Made by a program: the position numbers and the translations under genes. Below, one piece after another: positions 9,599-18,272 of a stretch of DNA of 21,470 nt (the first letter of the stretch is position 1; every line of letters starts with the position of its first letter). The DNA is from Verrucomicrobiota bacterium. GTDB taxonomy: Bacteria; Verrucomicrobiota; Verrucomicrobiia; Limisphaerales; CANJXF01. The DNA lies in contig JBBQRQ010000085.1 in the NCBI GenBank assembly GCA_038214755.1, positions 1 to 21,470 on the forward strand. The letters are read 5' to 3'. The notes under the pieces are model-generated. The model saw only the letters and a list, made by a program, of their open reading frames with translations. It was not told the origin of the DNA and searched no databases.

Positions 9599-9681
9599 TC
9601 TTCCCTGCCGGCAAAGTCGTTAAAAATATTCATCGCCCGTCTGTTCTCAGCCAACACGATTCAGTTGGACAGATTGCTCGG

Positions 9682-9812
9682 CCTCACCCTAACCCTCTCC
9701 CCCGAGGAGAGGGAACCTGCCATCCGCACGCGCCATCAGTCACTCAACCGCGAACCTTTTCCAGCGCCGGATAATATTCTCCCTCTCCTGGGAGGAGAGG
9801 GCCGGGGTGAGG
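9682..9812. repeat. CCTCACCC/ccctctcc-type inverted hairpin doublet
   Basis: cctcaccctaaccctctcccccgaggagaggg ... ccctctcctgggaggagagggccggggtgagg. Confidence 0.85.
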
Positions 9813-9854
9813 TCGAACGTCGCTTTGCACTGAATTGTTCCGGTATTGCGGGGG

Positions 9855-10643
9855 TCAGTAGTAAGGCTTGATCGTCCGACCACCCGCCACATGATCTTCA
9901 GAGAGTATGTAGCGATAATTCCATCTTACCCGGGAGATCCATTCGGCATGGCCGTCAGCCAGGACAACGTTTCCGCCAGCCGAACCGTGAGCGCTTCTGG
10001 GCAGAGGGAAATTCTCATAGGCATTATACGGGGGGGGAGCACCGGTGGCGTCCATAGCATCTATAATCAAAAAGATTTGCGAAGGGCCGGGTTTAATATC
10101 TTTGAATGGATCGTTTTTGTTTCGTTGGCTCGAAACCGAACTTAACGTTCTACGTGAATTGGGATCTCCCCTCGGTGTTCCAAAAACTTCATAGCTGTGT
10201 CCATTGGTAGCATCTCTATCGAGGGCGTTTTCTTTCAGTTGCAACAAAAAATACGCAAGACTGCCGTTAAACAAAGTCGGCACGGTGAGCTTCTCATCTA
10301 TGGCGTTTCTCGTGCTGGGACAGATATAGGATTTTACCCCTTTGATGTAGCTTTGGCCTTGCCCGCCAAAACCATGAAGCCAATTGAGATCATCATCGTC
10401 TCTCACTGCGGCCGGGGTCGTCGCCAGACTGCCTGTCAAATTCCCCTTTTTATCGTCGTCCGCGTACATTTGGCTGCCCAGTCCCATCTGTTTGCAATTG
10501 TTCAGGCAAGCGGTGCGATTGGCTTTCTCTTTGGCTTTGGCCAGCGCGGGCAAGAGCAGGCCCGCGAGAATAGCGATGATGGCGATGACCACGAGCAACT
10601 CGATCAATGTGAAACCTTTTATTTTGGGCGGATCAAATTTCAT
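9855..10643 (-). CDS. Prepilin-type N-terminal cleavage/methylation protein with H-X9-DG motif (DUF1559-like)
   Basis: [45 protein letters not shown]-terminal [14 protein letters not shown]. Confidence 0.93.
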   Translation of the reverse strand: MKFDPPKIKGFTLIELLVVIAIIAILAGLLLPALAKAKEKANRTACLNNCKQMGLGSQMYADDDKKGNLTGSLATTPAAVRDDDDLNWLHGFGGQGQSYIKGVKSYICPSTRNAIDEKLTVPTLFNGSLAYFLLQLKENALDRDATNGHSYEVFGTPRGDPNSRRTLSSVSSQRNKNDPFKDIKPGPSQIFLIIDAMDATGAPPPYNAYENFPLPRSAHGSAGGNVVLADGHAEWISRVRWNYRYILSEDHVAGGRTIKPYY

Positions 10644-10661
10644 GATGAGCGAATGAATAGT

Positions 10662-13184
10662 TTATTTTCTCAACCGATAAAACTTCGCGGTTTCCGAGGC
10701 TGCGTTCGTCGCCGTATTCGGCGAACCAGCTTGGAATGGAACATTGTCCCAAGTCGGCGAGGTCAAATTGGTTTTTGATTCCAAAAGGAAACCGGTTGCC
10801 ACCCAGGTCAAAACCACGTTGCCGCCGGAGCGAACGATGTTGAGCAGCGGTGGAGCGACCGCGCCAAACTCGACGCGAAATGCGACCAGGCCGTTCTGCG
10901 GTTCCAAGGCGAACATTTTGTTTCCGCCAAAAATCACCGGGCCGAAATTTCCGGTGTTGGCGACTTTATTGGTCGGGAAATTTTCCCGAGACAAGAGCAC
11001 CGGTGTCGCGAGATCTGTGACGTCATAAAGCTCGGCCTGATCGGGAGACGCGCCGGCCACGCCCGTAAAATTAATCGCTCCGAGCAGATTCCGGGATGAG
11101 TCGAGAGTGACGGGACCAAGGGTGCTGGCGAAATTGCTAAAGGTTTCAATGACCGGAGCGATGAAAGAGGCATTCGTCAGATTGAAACTGGAACGAACCA
11201 GCGGCCTTCCCTGACGTTTTTGCCAGAAGCTATCGCCGGAAGCGAACTGAACACTTTTCGCAAAAGCATTTCCTCCGTTGGTGTTATCCAGGAAAAAGAA
11301 TTGCGAGGTAAAATTGGTCAGGCTGGCGTCGGTCGGTCGCAGGATCGCCACGTAGGGATTGGATAATTCCATGTTATCAATGATAATCTGCGTGTTGGTT
11401 CCACCGCCGCGAAGATCCATGGAATCGCCCCAACGGAAACTTGATCCAGAGTTTAAGGGATCGCCGGAAAAAACCATTTGCGGCAACGTGTTCGAGCCGC
11501 CATCCGTCCAACGATAAAGTTTCCAACTGGTGGTGCCGGTGCCAGTGGTCAAGACGTCCAGATTGGCGGCGTAGATCGAGCCGTCATCGGCTACTTCAAT
11601 TCCAACCAATCCGATGCCACCCGCGAAGGCGTTGAAATTTATTCCATTCGTTTTCAGCGTGTAGAGCGGAGCGCCGCCGGTTTCCGCATTGATGACGGAC
11701 ACAGTGAAATTTGAGGAAGTGCTGCTTTCTCTGGAAACGACATAGAGATGATTCGAGAGAGAATTGTAAGCGAAGGAACGTTGGTTCGGCGTGGCAGCCA
11801 CCCCGCCCGTGAGATTGAAATAGGGTTGCGAATTCGGAACCACGCTCCAAAGCGGCGTCAGACGATAGGCATCTTGCAGCTTAAGCACGCCGAGCGAGGC
11901 AGCACTGCTCGTGACAGAACTATTGGAATTTCCAACCACCACTGAATAATTTGTCGCGTCCGAAAGTTGAACATTGGGAATCGTCAACACGCTGTTAGTT
12001 GCGCCTGGAATTGGGCTGTTCCCTTTTCTCCATTGAAAGGTAAAGCCGCGTTGCGCCACGACACGAAAGGTGGCGGTGTTGCCTTCTAAAACGCGCGTCG
12101 GCAAAGGCTGCGTCAAAATGGTCGGCGCGGGAATCGGGCCTGGATTCAGGTTGAAGGCGAAGATGCCGTTGTTGAGGCTGTGAACGTAAACCTTGCCGCC
12201 GCCAAACGACACGTAGCCGATCGGCGAACCGGAATTGGCGTTGTTGATCGCGGTGACGGTGAAGGAATCCAAAAGCTGTGGGAAATCGTTCGTGTTGCCG
12301 ATGTCGTAGAGGAAAATTTGATCCTGACTCGCGCCGTTGGGACTCAGCGTGGCCAACAGATGGTTTGCATTATCGACATCAGCAATTTGATGGGAGACGA
12401 TTTCGGGCATGTCCGGCGCGCCAATCGTGCGAATCGTCGTGGCGGTTTTCGCGACCAAATCAAAGCTCAACAATCGCAAAGGGAGATTCGCGAATTTTGA
12501 CCAATAAGTATTTCCATTGCCAAAGACGAGGCCTCCCTGCAATGAACCGGGCGTCGCGTCACTGGACAACACGTTGGCCGTAAAATTCACTCCATCCGTC
12601 GTCGTGAAAATCGCGGCATCCGATCCGCCGGAACTGACCAGAATTTGTGTGTTGAGTCCCGAGCCGCGAACCTCGACCGTGTTCCCCCAACGCAGATTAT
12701 TCGTGCCAAGCGCGCCACTGAAAGCGACCGTCGGAGCGCCCGCCGCTTCATTGCTCCAGCGATAGAGTTTGAACGGGCCTGCCGCCGTATTCACGATGAC
12801 GTTCCCGACATAAATGACGCCGTCATCCGCCACGCCGACCGCATAATCCGCAAACGATCCGCCCTGAATTCCATTGGTCGCCAACGTTCCCACGACGGAA
12901 CCATTCGTGCCGTTCAAAACGTAAATTGACCCGGAAACATTCGTGCTCTGAGCTGTCACCACTCGATCGACAAAAATTAAATTTCCATTGACTGGATTCT
13001 GTGCCAGCCCCCGCTGGATCGCTCCCACGGTGATGAAAGGAACATCGCCTACAATCAGGGCACCGGTTCCTGAGGTGCCGAAGCTGGTCAAGGGCGCGAG
13101 CGAATGAAAGGTTTGCGCCGGCGAATTGAAGGTCGCAGATAACAAAACAAGCAAGAGCCAGGCTTTGCGTAGGATTTTTTGCAT
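10662..13184 (-). CDS. Secreted protein with two homologous beta-rich domains (DUF4623-like), a central Ig-like domain and a C-terminal FYRLR domain
   Basis: Signal peptide; internal repeat (VADDGVIYVGN / VADDGSIYAAN; RWGNTVEVRGSGLNTQIL / RWGDSMDLRGGGTNTQII); Ig motif PTILTQP..FQWRK..IPGAT..YSVVV; ends KFYRLRK. The DUF assignment is from memory. Confidence 0.8.
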   Translation of the reverse strand: MQKILRKAWLLLVLLSATFNSPAQTFHSLAPLTSFGTSGTGALIVGDVPFITVGAIQRGLAQNPVNGNLIFVDRVVTAQSTNVSGSIYVLNGTNGSVVGTLATNGIQGGSFADYAVGVADDGVIYVGNVIVNTAAGPFKLYRWSNEAAGAPTVAFSGALGTNNLRWGNTVEVRGSGLNTQILVSSGGSDAAIFTTTDGVNFTANVLSSDATPGSLQGGLVFGNGNTYWSKFANLPLRLLSFDLVAKTATTIRTIGAPDMPEIVSHQIADVDNANHLLATLSPNGASQDQIFLYDIGNTNDFPQLLDSFTVTAINNANSGSPIGYVSFGGGKVYVHSLNNGIFAFNLNPGPIPAPTILTQPLPTRVLEGNTATFRVVAQRGFTFQWRKGNSPIPGATNSVLTIPNVQLSDATNYSVVVGNSNSSVTSSAASLGVLKLQDAYRLTPLWSVVPNSQPYFNLTGGVAATPNQRSFAYNSLSNHLYVVSRESSTSSNFTVSVINAETGGAPLYTLKTNGINFNAFAGGIGLVGIEVADDGSIYAANLDVLTTGTGTTSWKLYRWTDGGSNTLPQMVFSGDPLNSGSSFRWGDSMDLRGGGTNTQIIIDNMELSNPYVAILRPTDASLTNFTSQFFFLDNTNGGNAFAKSVQFASGDSFWQKRQGRPLVRSSFNLTNASFIAPVIETFSNFASTLGPVTLDSSRNLLGAINFTGVAGASPDQAELYDVTDLATPVLLSRENFPTNKVANTGNFGPVIFGGNKMFALEPQNGLVAFRVEFGAVAPPLLNIVRSGGNVVLTWVATGFLLESKTNLTSPTWDNVPFQAGSPNTATNAASETAKFYRLRK

Positions 13185-13277
13185 AGGTTTTTGAAGTCGG
13201 GTTTTCTCTATTCAAACACAGAAGAATCAAACCGTCTTGTCTGAAAAGAATTTTTTTTGGTATGTTTTGACCAAGGT

Positions 13278-14027
13278 ATGCCGCTCTCGAAAAATCAGTT
13301 CCAAGCAGAATTTTATCGCCGACATCCGTTGGTCGAGTCGTTTTTCACAGTGTTCGAACATTTCCCCAATGTTTTCCTTTACGTCAAAGACACGCTAAGC
13401 CGCTTTGTCCATATCAACCAACCGTTGCTCGCGACGTATCAGCTGCAAGACGAAAAAGACGTGGTGGGAAAAACGGATCGAGATTTTTATCCGCCGGCTC
13501 TGGCGAGGGCTTATATCGAAGAAGATCGCCATATTTTCCAAACCGGAAAAGCCATTCTCGGCAAATTATGGCTGGTCCCGCACATCGAAGGTACGCCGCA
13601 TTGGTATGTTTCCAGCAAGGCCCCTTTGTTCGATGCGCAAGGCAAAATCGTGGGACTGGCCGGAGTCATGTTTCGCGTGGAACGGCCATCGGAAAAAGAG
13701 CGATACTTTGGGCGATTGCAATTGGCCTTGGATTATCTGGAGACGAATTTTGCGTCGAGTGTTTCCATGAGCGATGCGGCGAAGCGTTGCCATTTGCCTC
13801 TTACCACGTTCAATCGGCAATTCCGCGAATTACTGCGCATGACGCCGACGGAATATCTTTTGGCCCGACGCATCGACGCTGCGAGAAACATGCTCGTAGG
13901 AACGCAGCGTTCCATTTCCGACATCGCCGCTGAATGCGGCTTCGCCGACCAAAGTCATTTTACGAAACGGTTTCGCAAAATCACTGAACTAACGCCGCTG
14001 GCGTACCGGAAACGGTTGAAAGGCTGA
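13278..14027 (+). CDS. AraC-family transcriptional regulator with N-terminal PAS domain
   Basis: YVKD..SRFVHIN..GKTDRDFYP..SKAPLFD..G.IVGLAG (PAS); C-terminal ISDIAAECGFADQSHFTKRFRKITELTPLAYRK. ATG 13278 preferred over TTG 13257. Confidence 0.93.
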   Translation: MPLSKNQFQAEFYRRHPLVESFFTVFEHFPNVFLYVKDTLSRFVHINQPLLATYQLQDEKDVVGKTDRDFYPPALARAYIEEDRHIFQTGKAILGKLWLVPHIEGTPHWYVSSKAPLFDAQGKIVGLAGVMFRVERPSEKERYFGRLQLALDYLETNFASSVSMSDAAKRCHLPLTTFNRQFRELLRMTPTEYLLARRIDAARNMLVGTQRSISDIAAECGFADQSHFTKRFRKITELTPLAYRKRLKG

Positions 14028-14070
14028 TCTCTGGCGCAGAGTGCGCCAACGGAACTCACGGTGAACCAGT

Positions 14071-14114
14071 GGACACCAAAACGGACACCAAAAGAGTTAA
14101 GAAGGGTTAAGAAG
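14071..14114. promoter_or_regulatory. Two tandem direct-repeat pairs, possible protein-binding sites
   Basis: ggacaccaaaa x2 (14071, 14083) and gttaagaag x2 (14096, 14106). Confidence 0.35.
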
Positions 14115-14306
14115 AAATAGATAAAGTTTCTTGAATTGTTCGAGATTATCCGAAAAAGTTGACTGTGTTATTGCAGTGCGGATGCTTTGCAACTTCTTCA
14201 TTTGGCGTTTGCCGAATGGATGCCAAATCGGCTAATTGCCCGAGTCCGACAACCGGCTCCAGTTTTTCGCTTCAGATTGCGGTGTCGTAGGAACTCCCCA
14301 AATTCT

Positions 14307-15134
14307 GTGAACAAGCCTTTGGCAGTGGACGCGCGAAAGACCAACGACCAAAAAGTCGAAGAGCTTCAACAAGCGTTGCAGGAGCGCGCCACCGAATTGG
14401 AAGTGATGACCAGGGAGTTGGAAAAATTCAGTTATTCCGTCTCCCACGATTTGCGCGCGCCGTTGCGCGCCATCGAAGGCTTCTCCAAAATTCTGCTCGA
14501 AGATTACCTCGGAAAACTGGACGAAGAAGGCCAGCGCTACTTGAAGATCATCGACGCGAGCAGCCGAAAAATGTCACGGCTCCTCGATGACCTTTTACTT
14601 TTATCCCGGCTGGGGCGTCAGGAAACAAATTTTTCCCGGGTCAACATGCGAGAGATTGTGGACAGCGTTTGGGAAGAACTCCGTCCCCGTTCGAGAAAAA
14701 TTGATTTAGTTATAAAGTCTCTTCCCGACGGTTGGGGTGACACGATTCTTTTACAACAAATCTGGAAGCAGTTGCTCGGAAACGCGGTCAAGTTCACCGC
14801 ATCCAAAGACCAGGCCGCCATTGAAATCAGCGGAAAAAAGGAACCGTCGCGAATGGTTTATTGCGTCAAAGATAATGGCGTCGGTTTCAACATGAACTCG
14901 GCCTCGAAGTTATTCGGCGTTTTTCAGCGCCTGCACACGCCGGAAGAATTTGAGGGAAACGGAATCGGGCTGGCCATAGTGCAACGGCTGGTGCGAAGAC
15001 AATCGGGCGAAGTCTGGACGGAGGCCAAACCCGGCGAGGGAGCGTCCTTTTATTTTTCATTACCGTTTGCCGCAAATCTTGTTCGCTCCACAACTAATTC
15101 GGAAAAGCAGATTGAGCAATTCACCGGGAAGTAA
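14307..15134 (+). CDS. Histidine kinase (phytochrome-type HisKA plus HATPase) without an evident sensor domain
   Basis: FSYSVSHDLRAPLRAI, LLGNAVKF, VKDNGVGF, LFGVFQRLH, GNGIGLAIV, GEGASFYF. Start uncertain: GTG 14307 chosen, although the ORF is open from 14187. Confidence 0.88.
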   Translation: MNKPLAVDARKTNDQKVEELQQALQERATELEVMTRELEKFSYSVSHDLRAPLRAIEGFSKILLEDYLGKLDEEGQRYLKIIDASSRKMSRLLDDLLLLSRLGRQETNFSRVNMREIVDSVWEELRPRSRKIDLVIKSLPDGWGDTILLQQIWKQLLGNAVKFTASKDQAAIEISGKKEPSRMVYCVKDNGVGFNMNSASKLFGVFQRLHTPEEFEGNGIGLAIVQRLVRRQSGEVWTEAKPGEGASFYFSLPFAANLVRSTTNSEKQIEQFTGK

Positions 15135-15144
15135 GCGCATCTTG

Positions 15145-15163
15145 AACCCGGAGCGGGTTTTTT
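15145..15163 (+). terminator. Possible intrinsic terminator
   Basis: aacccg-gag-cgggtt hairpin running into a T tract, 10 nt after the kinase stop. Confidence 0.4.
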
Positions 15164-15164
15164 C

Positions 15165-15286
15165 GGACTGCGGCGGCATGACGCCGCTTTTCCTTCACGC
15201 AACCGCCATAGGGGTAGTTTTGAGAGTTATCGCTGCTGCCGTCATTTCCCCCGTGCAGCCAAAGCGGAGACTTGTCCACGTAGTCC
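15165..15286. repeat. Degenerate REP-like doublet
   Basis: ggactgcggcggcatgacgccgcttt ... aaagcggagacttgtccacgtagtcc (imperfect inverted arms). Confidence 0.65.
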
Positions 15287-15354
15287 AAAGCGCGTTTTTT
15301 CCGGTTGAGCGCCTCGGTGAAGAATGTATTATCCGGTTCTGACACCCACTCATC

Positions 15355-17682
15355 ATGAATCAACCAAAAAACTTCTTCGACGAAGTTTCCGCCAGAGATG
15401 AAGCGCCACGGAGCGCGAGCCATTCCGAGCCAGGTCTGCGCATTTTGCTTCTGGAAGATGTCACGAGCGACGCTGAACTGATTTCGCGCGAGTTGCACAA
15501 AGCAAAAACCCCTCGCGTCATACACTGTGTGCATACGCGTGAAGATTTTTTAAGGGCGCTCCAAGAATTTTCTCCCGACGTCATCCTGTCCGATTTCGCC
15601 ATGCCGCAATTCACCGCTCTGGAAGCGCTGCAATTATTGCGGGAACAACCCCGAGACCTGCCCTTCATTTTGGTGACGGGCTCGCAATCCGAGGAAGTCG
15701 CCGTCGAGTGCATGAAGCTGGGGGCCGACGATTATATTCTCAAAGCCTCTTTGAAACGGCTTCCCTCCGCTTTGCGCAACGCCGTCAAAAAGCACGAAAA
15801 TGAACGCGAGCGTTCTCGCGCTTTGCTGGCCTTGCAGCGGAGCGAAGAACATTTCCGTTCGTTGATTGAAAACGTGCTCGACATCATTCTCGTGCTCGAT
15901 GCGGGGGGGATTTTTCATTACGTCAGCCCCTCCATTCGCATTCTCGGTTACGCGCCCGAAGAGTTGATTGGGAAAAAGTTTCTGAGTTTCGTCGGGGCCG
16001 ACGACGAAGGGGAAGTCAGCGAAGTTCTTCATTCAATTCTCAGCCGCGCCGGACAACCCGTCACGTTTGAATTTTTAATCAGGCATTGCGACGCTTCCCT
16101 CCGCGCCTTCGAAACGATTGGAAAAAAAATCCAGATCGATGGCGCAAATCCAGGCATCGTCTTGAATGCGCGCGACGTGACCGACCGCAAACAAGCCGAA
16201 GTTGCCATCGACAAACTCGCCGCCTTCCCCCGGCTCAATCCAAATCCAATTTTTGAAATGGCCGCCTCCGGTCATCTCACTTACTGCAATCAGGCCGCCG
16301 AAGAGATGGCCCACTCCCTCGGCCAAGAAAAACCTTTTGCAATTTTGCCGGGGGATATTCGCTCCATCGTCCAGCAATGTTTGCTCATGGGGAAAAGAAA
16401 CATTCGTCGCGAAACGGAAGTCGCTCATCGCGTTTTGTCGTGGTCTTTTTTTCCCGTCATCGCCAATCAGGTCGTGCATTGTTACGCCACGGACATCACG
16501 GAGCGATTGAATCTCGAAGCACAATTGCGCCAGTCCCAAAAAATGGAATCCATCGGCCAACTCGCCGCAGGGGTCGCCCATGATTTCAATAATATTTTAA
16601 CTCTCATTCAAGGCTACACGGGTTTGTTGCTGGAAAGGGAAAATCTCGCCGCCGACATTGTCGAACCGCTCCAACAAGTGGCGGTGGCCGCAGAACGCGC
16701 GGCCAATTTGACTCGGCAACTCCTCATGTTCTCGCGCAAACAAGTTATGCAGCCGCAGGAACTGGACTTGAACGAGATCATCAGCAACGTCACGAAATTT
16801 TTGGGCCGGCTCCTCGGAGCGGAGATGGTCGTGCATTATAATTATGCGCCCAATTTGCCGGCCATTTATGCCGACGCGGGAATGCTGGAGCAAATTATTA
16901 TGAACCTGGCCGTCAATGCCCGCGACGCTCTGCCCCGTGGCGGGCAATTGAGCATCAGCACCTCCGTGGTGGACATCGGGGAAGCGCATGTCCAGTTCAA
17001 TCCCCAGGCGCGAACGGGCAAGTCGGTTTGCCTGCGTTTCTCGGACAATGGTTCGGGCATAGCCGCCGAAGTTTTGCCGAGAATTTTCGAGCCGTTTTTC
17101 ACCACCAAGGAAATTGGCAAGGGCACCGGACTCGGCTTGGCCACGGTGTATGGGATCGTTAAACAGCATCAAGGCTGGATCGAGGTTTTGAGCAAGCCAA
17201 AGGAAGGGACGACCTTTCGCGTTTATCTGCCGAGCGTTCAACGCCCCGCCGAAAAAAATGTTGGGCTGACTCCCGAAACCATTCCGGGCGGCCACGAAAC
17301 TATTCTGGTGGTGGAGGACGAGCCGGAACTGCGCGCTCTGGTTTGCGAAATTCTGCAAGGTCATGGCTACGGCATTTTCGAGGCGCCCAGCGCTCCCGAC
17401 GCCATCCCGGTCTGGGAAGCGCATCGCGAAAAAATCGACCTGTTGCTGACGGACATGGTTATGCCCGGAAACATCACCGGCCGCGAGCTGGCCGAAAAAC
17501 TTAAAGCGCAAAACCCGCGTCTGAAAGTCATTTACACCAGCGGGTACAGCGTCGAGACGCTCGGCGGAGATTTTTCTTTTAAACGCGGAGTCAACTTTCT
17601 CCAAAAACCCTATCATCCATTCACGTTGTTGAAGGTGGTGCGCGATTCTCTGGACACCTTGGAAAAAATTAACAACTCGTAG
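15355..17682 (+). CDS. Hybrid sensor kinase REC-PAS-PAS-HisKA-HATPase-REC (CckA-like transmitter)
   Basis: [100 protein letters not shown]. Confidence 0.95.
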   Translation: MNQPKNFFDEVSARDEAPRSASHSEPGLRILLLEDVTSDAELISRELHKAKTPRVIHCVHTREDFLRALQEFSPDVILSDFAMPQFTALEALQLLREQPRDLPFILVTGSQSEEVAVECMKLGADDYILKASLKRLPSALRNAVKKHENERERSRALLALQRSEEHFRSLIENVLDIILVLDAGGIFHYVSPSIRILGYAPEELIGKKFLSFVGADDEGEVSEVLHSILSRAGQPVTFEFLIRHCDASLRAFETIGKKIQIDGANPGIVLNARDVTDRKQAEVAIDKLAAFPRLNPNPIFEMAASGHLTYCNQAAEEMAHSLGQEKPFAILPGDIRSIVQQCLLMGKRNIRRETEVAHRVLSWSFFPVIANQVVHCYATDITERLNLEAQLRQSQKMESIGQLAAGVAHDFNNILTLIQGYTGLLLERENLAADIVEPLQQVAVAAERAANLTRQLLMFSRKQVMQPQELDLNEIISNVTKFLGRLLGAEMVVHYNYAPNLPAIYADAGMLEQIIMNLAVNARDALPRGGQLSISTSVVDIGEAHVQFNPQARTGKSVCLRFSDNGSGIAAEVLPRIFEPFFTTKEIGKGTGLGLATVYGIVKQHQGWIEVLSKPKEGTTFRVYLPSVQRPAEKNVGLTPETIPGGHETILVVEDEPELRALVCEILQGHGYGIFEAPSAPDAIPVWEAHREKIDLLLTDMVMPGNITGRELAEKLKAQNPRLKVIYTSGYSVETLGGDFSFKRGVNFLQKPYHPFTLLKVVRDSLDTLEKINNS

Positions 17683-17731
17683 CCGCCGACGTCGGGCGGC
17701 GGATTCCTATTGGCAACAACACGAATCCGCC
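17678..17731. repeat. Truncated GTAG REP doublet, family B, overlapping the kinase stop codon
   Basis: cgtagccgccgacgtcgggcggcggattc ... gaatccgcc; the left arm resembles cgtagcagccgacgtgaggaggc at 18774. Confidence 0.7.
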
Positions 17732-17849
17732 TATCCATGGAACCTGGGAATATCCAGGCTCAGACTTCCGGGGTAACATTCTTTTTGAGTCAATTCGCGC
17801 GGAACGAAATTATTGCCGCAACCCTGCTTCTGGATTAATAAAGGAAACG

Positions 17850-18053
17850 ATGAAAGCCGTCTTTCGCAAGGACAGTCAGTGCTGGCGCAAATCGCGCATC
17901 GCCGCTCGGCTGCTTTTGAAAAAGGAGCGGCGCGCGTGGAATCAACGCGAGATCCAATTGGCCTTGCATCTGGCCGATGATCCAGGAGTGACCAACCGGC
18001 TGATTGACCAGGCCGTCAAATGGCTAAAAGCCCCGCGTCCCAATGATAACTGA
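17850..18053 (+). CDS. Small basic hypothetical protein (67 aa)
   Basis: ATG preceded by aaagga; fills an intergenic gap; its stop overlaps the next ATG (18043). Confidence 0.6.
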   Translation: MKAVFRKDSQCWRKSRIAARLLLKKERRAWNQREIQLALHLADDPGVTNRLIDQAVKWLKAPRPNDN

Positions 18054-18272
18054 ACCATGGAATCGCGCCTTCAATCTTGAGACGCCTGCCGGCCGAACTT
18101 TAGAAAAACTCGCTTCCGTTTTGCCGCAAGATCGTTCATTTCAAATTACGATCAAATCACGCTCTTCGGCTCATCTCCTTTGCAACTTGGAATTGATTCC
18201 AACCTTTTGAGCGGCGAGGTGGATCTTTTCTGTGCGGAGGAAAATTACAAACAGGAATTGCGCGAGGCCGTC
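18043..18272 (+). pseudogene. Frameshifted, truncated nucleotidyltransferase-like gene (DUF6036-like)
   Basis: Frame 1 reads MITEPWNRAFNLETPAGRTLEKLASVLPQDRSFQIT. After an 11-nt imperfect duplication (18141-18162), another frame reads QITLFGSSPLQLGIDSNLLSGEVDLFCAEENYKQELREAV, with a GS..ExD motif. It runs into the folK 3' end. Confidence 0.6.

Noticed and set aside
13257..13274. ttggt-N8-accaa inverted repeat as the AraC operator
   Set aside because: The 5-bp arms could arise by chance and no second copy was seen.
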